A stretch of DNA of 64,000 bases from Heterodontus francisci (lineage: Eukaryota): contig NC_090399.1 of the NCBI RefSeq assembly GCF_036365525.1, positions 46,284,430-46,348,429 on the forward strand, given 5' to 3'. The notes beneath the pieces are model-generated. The model made no database searches. It worked only from the letters and a program-made list of their open reading frames with translations, and had not been told where the DNA came from. The translations under genes and the position numbers were made by a program. Shown one piece after another: positions 56,051 to 63,680 of the stretch. Each line of letters opens with the position of its first letter. The first letter of the stretch is position 1.

Positions 56051-56484
56051 GAGAGAAACAGGGGAACAGAGAGGCACAGGGGAAACAGAGAGGCACAGGG
56101 TTATAGAGAGACACGGGGGACATAGGGAGACACAGGGGAAACAGAAACACAGGGAAACAGAGAGTCATGGGGTTATAGAGAGAAACAGGGGAAACAGAGA
56201 GGCACAGAGGAAACAGAGAGAAATAGGGGATACAGAGAGTCACAGGGGAAACAGGGAGAAATAGGGGAAAGAGAGAGACACAGCGGAAAGAGAGAGAAAT
56301 AGGGGAAACAGAGAGACACAGGGGAAACAGAGAGGCACAGGGTTATAGAGAGACACGGGGGACATAGGGAGACACAGGGGAAACAGAAACACAGGGAAAC
56401 AGAGAGTCATGGGGTTATAGAGAGAAACAGGGGAAACAGAGAGGCACAGGGGAAACAAAATAAAAACAGGGGAAACAGGAGACA

Positions 56485-58497
56485 CATAGAAACACAGAAA
56501 ATAGGAGCAGGAGTAGGCCATTCGGCCCTTTGAGCCTGCTCCGCCATTCATTAGATCATGGCTGATCATTCAAATCATTGACCTGTTCCCGATTTCGCCC
56601 CATATCCTTTGATCCTTTTTAACCTAAGCGCTATATCTAACTCCTTCTTGAAAACATATGATATGTTGGCTTCAACTGCTTTCTGTGGTAACGAATTCCA
56701 TAGGCTCACCACTCTTTGGGTGAAGTAATTTCTCCTCGTCTCAGTCCTGAAAGGTTTAACCCATATCCGTGGACTATGACCCCTGGTTCTGGACTCCCCC
56801 ACCATCGGGAACATCCTTCCTGCATCTACCCTGTCAAGTCCTGTTAGAATTTTATAGGTTTCTATGAGATCCCCCTTCTTCTGAATTCCAGCGAATATAA
56901 ACCTAACCAACTCAATCTCTCCTCATATGTCAGTCCCGCCATCCCAGGAATCAGTCTGGCAAACCTTCATTGCACTCCCTTTATAGCAAGGTCATCCTCC
57001 CTCAGATAAGGAGACCAAAACTGCACAGAATAATACAGGTGTGGCCTCACCAAGGCCCTGTATAATTGCAGCAAGACATCCCTGCTTCTGTACTCGAATC
57101 CTCTCGCTATGAAGGCCAACATACCATTTGTCTTTTTTACCGCCTGTTGCACCTGCATGCTTACCTTCTGCGACTGTTGTACGAGAACACCTAGGTCTTG
57201 CTGCATATTCCCCTCTCTCAGTTTATAGCAGTTCAGATAATAATCTGCCTTCCTGTTTTTGCTACCAAAATGGATAACCTCACATTTATTCACATTATAC
57301 TGCATCTGCCATGCATTAGCCCACTCACTCAACTTGTCCAAATCACCCTGAAGCCTCTCTGCATCCTCTTCACAACTCACCATCCCAACCAGTTTTGTGT
57401 CATCTGCAAATTTGGAGTTATTACATTTAGTTCCCTCATGTAAATCATTCATATATATTGTGAATAGCTGGGGTCCTGGCCCAAATCCCTGCAGTACCCC
57501 ACTAGTCACTGCCTGCCATTTGGAAAAAGACCCATTGATCCCTACTCTTTGTTTCCTGTCTGCCAACCAATTTTCTATCCATCACAATACACTATCCCCA
57601 ATCCCATGTGCTTTAATTTTACATGTTAATCTCTTATGTGGGACTTTGTCGAAAGCCTTCTGAAAGTCCAAATAAACCATATCCACTGGCTCCCCCTCAT
57701 CAACTCTACTAGTTACATCCTCGAAGAAATCTGCTAGATTTGTCAAGCATGATTTCCCTTTCGTAAATCCATGCTGACACTGCCCGATTCTACCACTCTT
57801 CTCCAAATGTTCTGCTATAAAATCTTTGATAATGGACTCTAGAATTTTCCCCACTACTGATGTCAGGCTGACTGGTCTATAATTCCTTGCTTTCTCTCTA
57901 CCTCCCTGTTTAAATAGTGGGGTTACAGTAGCTACCCTCCAATCTGTAGGAACTGTTCCAGAGTCTATAGAATCTTGGAAGATGACCAACAATGCATCCA
58001 CTATTCCTAGGGCCACTTCCATAAGTTCTCTGGGATGCAGACCATCAGTCCCTGGGGATTTATCGGCCTTCAATCCCATCAATTTCCCCAACACTATTTC
58101 TCTACCAATACTGATTTCCTTCAAGTTCCTGTCTCTCACTAAACCCTGTGTTCCCCAACATTTCTCGTATTATATTTGTGTCCTCCTTTGTGAAGACAGA
58201 ACCAAAGTATGCATTTAGTTGGTCAGCCAATTTTAATTCCCCATAAGAAATTCCCCTGCTTCTGATTGTGAGGGACCTACATTTGTCTTCACCAATCTTT
58301 TTCTCTTCACCTACCTATAGAAATGTTTACAGTCAGTTTTTATGTACCCCGCAAGCTTGCTCTCCTACTCTATTTTACTCTTCTTAATCAATCCTTGGTC
58401 CTCCTTTGCTGAATTCTAAACTGCTCCCAATCCTCAGGTCTGTTGTTTTTTCTGGAAAATTTATATGCCTCTTCCTTGGATCTAATGCTATCTCTAA
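56485..58497 (-). mobile_element. 5'-truncated CR1-clade LINE (3' half of ORF2, 3'UTR and octamer tail), elasmobranch HER1-like
   Basis: Minus-strand frames carry RT motifs: KSPGTDGLHP, NYRPVSLTS, QHGF, YLDFQKAFDKVPH, GVLQG, LFTIYMNDL, KFADDTKL, plus the CR1 C-terminal motifs RPHLxY/WSP and FTQRVVSLWNSLP. The 3' end reads ...GGCCGAATGGCCTACTCCTGCTCCTAT followed by TTTCTGTG TTTCTATG (56500-56485), a CR1-type octamer tail. Confidence 0.95.
56575..58139 (-). pseudogene. Disrupted CR1 ORF2 reverse transcriptase
   Basis: Split into three consecutive ORF pieces (57582-58139, 56967-57566, 56575-56910) by stops or frameshifts. The endonuclease domain is absent. Confidence 0.92.
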
Positions 58498-59075
58498 AGA
58501 GACATGGGGAATAGACAGACAAGGTGGGCATAGAGAGATACAGGGGGAATAGAGAGACAAAGTGAAAATAGAGATATACAGGATTAGCGAGATAGGGGGA
58601 TTAGAGTGATACAGAGGTTCAGTGAGACACGTGGGGAATAGAGAAATACAGGGGAATAGAGAAACATAGGGAATAAGGGACAAGGGGGGCAATAGAGGGA
58701 AACGGGGGGCAGTAAAGAGACACAGGGAGAAGAGACATGGGGGATTAGAGGGACATGGAGGGCAATAGAGGGACACGGGAGGAATAGAGAGACTTGGGGA
58801 TTAGAGGGTCACGTTGGGAATAGAGTAACACAGGGTTCCAGAGAAACAAGGGCAAATAGAGAGTCATGGGTTCGGGGGGGGGGGGGGGGGGGGTGGGAAT
58901 AAAGCGACACAGTGGCATAGAGAGAGACGGGAGAGTAGAGAGACATGGGAAATAGAGAGACATGGGGAATTGAGAGACAAGAAGGAAGAGAGAGTCACGG
59001 GGAGAATAGACAGACACGGAGGGAATAGAGAGATACAGGAGGAAAAGCATGATGTGGTGGAGAATTGAGAGACAC
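58498..59075. repeat. Highly degenerate remnant of the AG-rich satellite (~18-19 bp unit, GAGACAYGGGGAATAGA-like)
   Basis: Units such as GAGACATGGGGAATAGA, GAAATACAGGGGAATAGA and GAGACACAGGGAGAA have the same strand polarity as the main array. It shares the GAGTCATGGG variant (58861) with the right-hand part of the array. Confidence 0.8.
58874..58893 (+). repeat. G20 homopolymer
   Basis: 20 consecutive G, read directly. Confidence 0.95.
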
Positions 59076-59432
59076 GAAGCTCTTAACGCCTGGGACACTG
59101 AGCTCCACCCCAGGACACCGAGATCTCTCCACCCCAGCTACACAGTGCTCCAACTCCAGGGAAGCTGAGATCTCTTTACCCAGGGGCATATAGCTTCACC
59201 CCAGGAACACAGAGCTACACGCCATGGACACAGAACTGCAACCCTCCCCCATCCCCCAGCCCCACTGTAGTGTACAGAACTCCACCACAGGCACACACAG
59301 ACCTCTAGCTGGGACAAGAGCTCCACCACCAGCACCCCCAGACCTCGAACTGGGACAGAGCTCTACCACAGATCACAGAGCTCCATACCAGGGACACAGA
59401 TCCTGCTCCAATGCTACCTGCACACACCTAGC
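59076..59432. repeat. Degenerate ~21-24 bp tandem repeat (consensus ~GGGACACAGAGCTCCACCCCA)
   Basis: Successive units include gggacactgagctccacccca, ggacaccgagatctctccacccca, ggggcatatagcttcacccca, ggaacacagagctacacgcca, gggacaagagctccaccacca and gggacagagctctaccaca. Confidence 0.8.
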
Positions 59433-59447
59433 TGGCCCTGCTCGCAA

Positions 59448-59453
59448 ACTCAC
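59448..59453 (-). promoter_or_regulatory. 5' splice donor GTGAGT of the MHC alpha-1 exon
   Basis: Plus-strand actcac is the reverse complement of the consensus GTGAGT, directly after the NQTS(G) codons. Confidence 0.85.
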
Positions 59454-59715
59454 CACTAGTCTGGTTGTTCAGGGACATAAGGTATGTAATGGCAAATTTC
59501 AGATCCTGCTCCACCTCTAGCATGAACTGTGTTTGCTGCTTAGTGTGTATGAGTTCCAAAATCTCTGTCAGCCATTGATCCCGGTGTGTAAACTTCTTCC
59601 GATCATTGTCGTACGTAGCAACATGCGCCTCATCAAGATAAGCAACCATCTGAAACTCCGGGAGATTGGGAATCTGAAGTTATGAATGTGAAGAAACCCT
59701 GGAGAGAGTGAGAGC
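59454..59715 (-). pseudogene. MHC class I heavy chain alpha-1 domain exon (exon 2), non-classical type, with an apparent +1 frameshift (pseudogene or consensus error)
   Basis: Minus strand: acceptor tctctctctctatctctgttttAG|GC TCT CAC TCT CTC = (G)SHSL; donor AAC CAG ACT AGT G|GTGAGT. Both introns are phase 1, as in class I exon 2. Removing one base near 59675-59678 gives (G)SHSLQGFFTFITxIPNLPEFQMVAYLDEAHVATYDNDRKKFTHRDQWLTEILELIHTKQQTQFMLEVEQDLKFAITYLMSLNNQTS(G). This matches the alpha-1 hallmarks GSHSL, LPEF, [G/A]YxD, YD, W51 and the N86 NQT sequon. The exon is 262 bp (87 codons + 1). Confidence 0.9.
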
Positions 59716-59745
59716 CTAAAACAGAGATAGAGAGAGAGAGACATC
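59716..59745 (-). promoter_or_regulatory. 3' splice acceptor and polypyrimidine tract of the MHC alpha-1 exon
   Basis: Minus strand reads ...gatgtctctctctctctatctctgttttag; the AG is at 59717-59716. Confidence 0.85.
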
Positions 59746-59814
59746 AGGACTTGAACCTCCAAATACCAAACCCACATAGTGAGACATCAAGGCACGAACT
59801 CCAAAACACCAGAG

Positions 59815-60353
59815 ACGTAGTCAGTATGGCACAGAAGGAGGCCATTCAGCCCATTGGTCCATGCCAGATCTCCCTGAGCAGTCCAGCCAATCCCACTCCC
59901 CCACTCTATCCCTGTCGCTCTGCAATTTATTTCCCTCGAGTGCCCATCCAATTTCCCTTTGAAATCTCCACTTACACCACACTTGTAGGAGCGAGTTCCA
60001 GGTCATTACCACTCGTTGCATATAAATTTCTTCCTCATAATCCCCCTGCGTCTCTTGCCCAAAGCCTTCAATCTGTGTTTCCCAATCTTTGTACCTTTAG
60101 TTAATAGCAACAGCTTTCCTCTGTCCACCTTTCCAAACCTGCCAAAATCTTGAAACCCTCTGTCAAATTTCCCCTCAATCTCCTTTACTCCAACAGCAAC
60201 CGAGCTTCTCCAACATAATCTTGCAGCAAAAATCCCTCATCCCTGGAACCATTCTACCTTCTCACAGAACCTTCCGAAAGTGTGGTGGCCGGAACTGAAC
60301 ACAATACACTCGTTGTAGACTAACAAGAGCTTGAGAAAGATTTAGCACAACTT
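59815..60353 (-). mobile_element. Old, degenerate CR1 3'-end fragment
   Basis: Minus frame QRVVMTWNSL (compare TQRVVSLWNSLP in the 56.5-kb copy). The 3'UTR GGCTGAATGGCCTCCTTCTGTGCC parallels GGCCGAATGGCCTACTCCTGCTCC. Many indels. Boundaries are approximate. Confidence 0.85.
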
Positions 60354-60489
60354 GAGGGTAATTAAGGGTTAATTTTATCTTAAGTCTGGTCTGTCTTTGA
60401 TTTAACAGATTAATTTAACAGTTGCTGTTCGGGTTGGAGAAGGTGAGTTTTCGACCAGCTTCAAACAGAGTTCACTCAGGCTCTGCTTG

Positions 60490-60560
60490 CAGCTGCACCT
60501 TGTTAATTAGAGAATTGGCTTAAACCAGCTTTCAGGGGCTCGAGTCAGTCAGTATAAAAG
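60490..60560 (+). promoter_or_regulatory. Possible Pol II promoter motifs upstream of CR1 ORF1 (E-box, inverted CCAAT, TATA)
   Basis: CAGCTG 60490-60495, ATTGG 60514-60518, TATAAAAG 60553-60560. Motif match only. Confidence 0.3.
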
Positions 60561-60829
60561 TGGGCCATCTTACAGTGCTGAGTTGGGTTACATTAGAGTA
60601 CTAAAGTGGAAGTTGATGAGGAGGGGTGTGAGGAGTGCCTTTCATCCCCTCCCTGTCCTCAGATTGAGGGGAGCTGAGATTTTCCAAAGTGCACAGCTGA
60701 CTGTGAGTAAGTCCTGGTGGGTATTTTTTCAAAGTGGATTGAATTGTAAGTCATTGTTTTAGCAAGACTTAGTTTTTTTTAAAAAATTTATAATAGTCTT
60801 CTAAAGTTTTAAACTTAAAGGGTTTAGTC

Positions 60830-61759
60830 ATGGCAGGAGAGCTTCAAGCTGTGGTTTGCTCCTCTTGCTGCATGTGGGAATCTGGGAACATTTCCAGTCC
60901 CCGGGACCAGCATGTGTGCAGGAAGTTTGTCCAGCTGCAGCTCCTGGAAACTTAGGTTTTTGAGCTGGAACAATGGCTGGAAACACTGGAGCATCCATGA
61001 GTCTGAGAGTGTTGTGGATAGTGTGTATAGAGAGGTGGTCACACCACAGCTGAAGGGACTTGAGGAAGAAAGGGAATGGGTGACCACCAGGCAGTCCAAG
61101 AGAATCAGGCAGGTAGTTCAGGAATCCCCTGGGATCTTGCTTGTAAATCGGTATTCCATTTTGGAGGCTGGTTCCTCCAGACAGGGTGGACAAAGCCAAG
61201 CTTCTGGCACCTCAAGCAGCCTGTCTGCACAGGAAGGGGGAAAGAGAGGAAGAGCAATAGTAATAGGGGATTCTATAATCAAGGGAACAGATAGGTGCTA
61301 CTGTCGCTGTCCATGTGACTCCAGGATGGTGTGTTGCCTCCCTGGTGCCAGGGTCTGGGATGTCACTGAACAGCTGCAGGGCATCTTGAATGGGGAGGGT
61401 GATGAGGCAGAGGTCATGGCACATGTTTGTACCAATGACATAGGTAGAAAGAGGGATGAGGTCTTGCATCAAGAATTCAGGGAGTTAGGCAGTTGACTAA
61501 AAAGCAGGACCTCTCTGGTTGTAATCTCTGGATTACTCCCAGTGCCACATGCTAGTGAGTATAGAAATAGGAGAATAGCACAGATGAATGTGTGGCTTAA
61601 GAGTTGGTGTAGGAGGGATGGTTTTAAATTCCTGGACCATTGGGACCATTCTAGGGAAGGCAGGACCTGTACAAGCGGGATGGTCTACATCTGAACCAGA
61701 AGGGGACTAACATCCTTGCTGGTGGGTTTGCTAGTGCTGTTGGGAGGAGTTTAAACTAA
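60830..61759 (+). pseudogene. Disrupted CR1 ORF1: zinc finger/leucine zipper plus SGNH-GDSL esterase domain
   Basis: ATG at 60830: MAGELQAVVCSSCCMWE...HVCRKFVQLQLLET*VFELEQWLETL. After a frameshift come NRYSIL, AIVIGDSIIKGTDR, VCCLPGARV, HVCTNDIG and DGLHLN (61679), ending LN* (TTAAACTAA, 61751-61759). Internal stops are present. Confidence 0.9.
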
Positions 61760-61811
61760 TTTGGCAGGGGGTGGGGATGCAGATTCCAAGCAGAATAGGG
61801 ACACAGGAAAG

Positions 61812-63480
61812 CAAACAAATCGTCATTAACAATGTGCTCAGTAGACTCCATGTGGGGCATTGCAGCACTTCAGGAGACACTCCTCCCTGCGAGTGGATCT
61901 CGAAGAGAGCAAGACTACACCACCTTCTGGCAGGGTAGGGATCCTGAAGAACCAAGACAGCATGGAGTGGGCTTCGCCATCAGAAACTCTTTGCTCAGCA
62001 TGATAGAGCCACCCTCAAATGGCTCAGAACGCATACTGTCCATCCGACTGTTCACCACCTCTGGTCCAGTACACCTACTCAGGATCTATGCTCCAACACT
62101 CTGCTCCCCACCTGAAGTTCTACGAGGAGCTCCATAATATTAGTCGCATCCCCAATACTGAACAACGGTTCCTGCTGGGCGACTTTAATGCCAGGGGTGG
62201 GGCTGACCATGACTCATGGCCCTCCTGTCTCGGGCACTATGCCATTGGAAGGATGAATGAGAATGGACAGAGACTGCTTGAGTTGAGTACCTATCTCAAT
62301 CTCTGCATCACGAACTTGTTCTTTCATACTAAACCCTGTCTCCAGGTTTCATGGAGACACCCAAGATCACCAGCTGGACCTCATCGTCATAAGGCGAGCT
62401 TCCGTAAACCGTGTTCAAGTCACACGCAGCTTTCACAGTGCGGACTGCGACACTGACCACTCCCTGGTGTGCAGCAAAGTTAGACTCAAACCAAAGAGGC
62501 TATATCCAAGCAGAAGGGTTGCCTGTGCATCAACACTAACAGAATTTCTTAAGCGCAGCTGTCACATAAGTTTCTAAATTCACTTGAAAAATCCCTTCAA
62601 AACACTCCTACAGGGGATGCAGAGACCAAGTGGGCCCACATCGGACGCCATCTATGATTCAGCAATGACCACCTTTGGTAAACGTGAGAAGCCGAATGCA
62701 GACTGGCTTCAATCTCCGCTTGAAGAGCTGGAACCAGTCATAGCCGCTAAGCGCATTGCACTGCTGAACTACAAGAAAGCCGCCAGAAGCACCGTGCAAA
62801 GAACAGCCAGGCGCTGCGCAAATGACTACTGGCAACACCTATGCAATCGTATTCAGCTGGCCTCCAACACCGGAAACATCAGAGGAATGTATGATGGCAT
62901 TAAGAGAGCTTTTGGGCCAACCATCAGGAAGGTCGCCCCCCCCCCACCTTCAAATCTAAATCGGGGGACACAATCACTGACCAATGCAAGCAAATGGACC
63001 GCTGGGTGGAGCACTACCTAGAACTGTACTCCAGGGGAAATGCTGTCACTGTTACTGCCCTCAATGCAGCCCAGTCTCTGCCAGTCATGGATGAGCTGGA
63101 CGTACAGCCAACAAAATTGGAATTCAGTGATGCCATCGATTCTCTAGACACTGGAAAAACCCCTGGGAAGGATGGCATTACCCCTGAAATAATCAACAGT
63201 GCCAAGCCTGCTATACTTTCAGCACTCCATGAACTGCTTTGCCTGTGCTGGGATGAGGGAGCAGTACCTCAGGACATGCGCGATGCCAATATCATCACCC
63301 TCTATAAATACAAAGGTGACTGTGTTGACTGCAACAACTACTGTGGAATCTCCCTGCTCAGCACAGTGGGGAAATTCTTCGCTTGAGTCACTTTTAAACA
63401 GGCTCCAGAAGCTGGCTGAGCGTGTCTACCCTGAGGCAGTGTGGCTTTCGTGCAGAGATCCACCATTGACATGCTGTTCT
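61812..63480 (+). mobile_element. RTE-clade LINE ORF2 fragment (APE endonuclease and start of RT), frameshifted, cut by the gap
   Basis: APE motifs IAALQET, HGVGFAI, IYAPT, KFYEEL, LLGDFNAR, NENGQRLL, SWRHPRS and DCDTDHSLV. RT motifs GKTPGKDGITPE, VPQDMRDANIITLYK-KGD, NYCGISLLS and RSTIDMLF. These are typical of RTE/BovB-like elements. Confidence 0.92.
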
Positions 63481-63680
63481 NNNNNNNNNNNNNNNNNNNN
63501 NNNNNNNNNNNNNNNNNNNNNNNNNNNNNNNNNNNNNNNNNNNNNNNNNNNNNNNNNNNNNNNNNNNNNNNNNNNNNNNNNNNNNNNNNNNNNNNNNNNN
63601 NNNNNNNNNNNNNNNNNNNNNNNNNNNNNNNNNNNNNNNNNNNNNNNNNNNNNNNNNNNNNNNNNNNNNNNNNNNNNNNN
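63481..63680. other. Assembly gap (200 N)
   Basis: Run of 200 N. The round length suggests a placeholder of unknown true size. Confidence 0.99.

Larger units (their letters stand above)
1..56484. repeat. Giant AG-rich 19-bp minisatellite/satellite array (>56 kb, open at the left window edge)
   Basis: Continuous tandem monomers such as CACAGGGGAAACAGAGAGA and AATAGGGGAAAGAGAGAGA (19 bp) and CACAGGGGAAACAGAGT (17 bp). The + strand is overwhelmingly A/G. I saw no unique sequence or TE insertion inside it. Length/19 gives roughly 3,000 monomers. Confidence 0.98.
60354..61810 (+). mobile_element. 5' part of a CR1 LINE (5'UTR and ORF1)
   Basis: About 475 bp of putative UTR followed by a recognisable CR1 ORF1. 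The 5' boundary is inferred from where the minus-strand CR1 fragment stops. Confidence 0.82.

Noticed and set aside
1-56484. Hundreds of long ORFs (up to 1017 aa at 29855-32908) encoding FPLCLSVSP-type or RETQGKQR-type peptides
   Set aside because: They are translations of the 19-bp repeat, open in several frames at once. Minus-strand stops need plus-strand TCA/TTA/CTA, which occur almost only in the 17-bp variant. There is no frame preference and no domain.
1-56484. CRISPR-like or prokaryotic repeat-spacer system
   Set aside because: There are no unique spacers between repeats and no cas genes, and the context is vertebrate (LINEs, spliceosomal exon).
1-56484. Telomeric repeat array
   Set aside because: No (TTAGGG)n. 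ATAGGGG and TTAAGGG are only parts of the 19-mer.
56485-56510. Satellite born from the CR1 3' tail microsatellite (CATAGAAA CACAGAAA ATAGG resembles the monomer)
   Set aside because: Older, more decayed satellite lies on the other side of the CR1, so the repeat predates the insertion. The resemblance may instead have favoured target priming.
56575-58139. Active or novel reverse-transcriptase system associated with the repeat array
   Set aside because: An ordinary CR1 ORF2, 5'-truncated and broken into three pieces. Nothing links it mechanistically to producing the array.
58384-59520. Short ORFs in the decayed repeats (e.g. poly-Pro at 58745-59098, 59224-59520)
   Set aside because: Low-complexity translations of degenerate tandem repeats and the G20 tract, with no alpha-2 domain motifs such as the conserved Cys pair.
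59428-59649. Stand-alone 73-aa ORF MVAYLDEAH...
   Set aside because: It is the 3' part of the MHC alpha-1 exon read from an internal Met and through the splice donor, not an independent gene.
60912-61496. Host GDSL/SGNH esterase gene
   Set aside because: It is preceded by a CR1-type zinc finger/leucine zipper, is intronless and has stops and frameshifts, so it is LINE ORF1.
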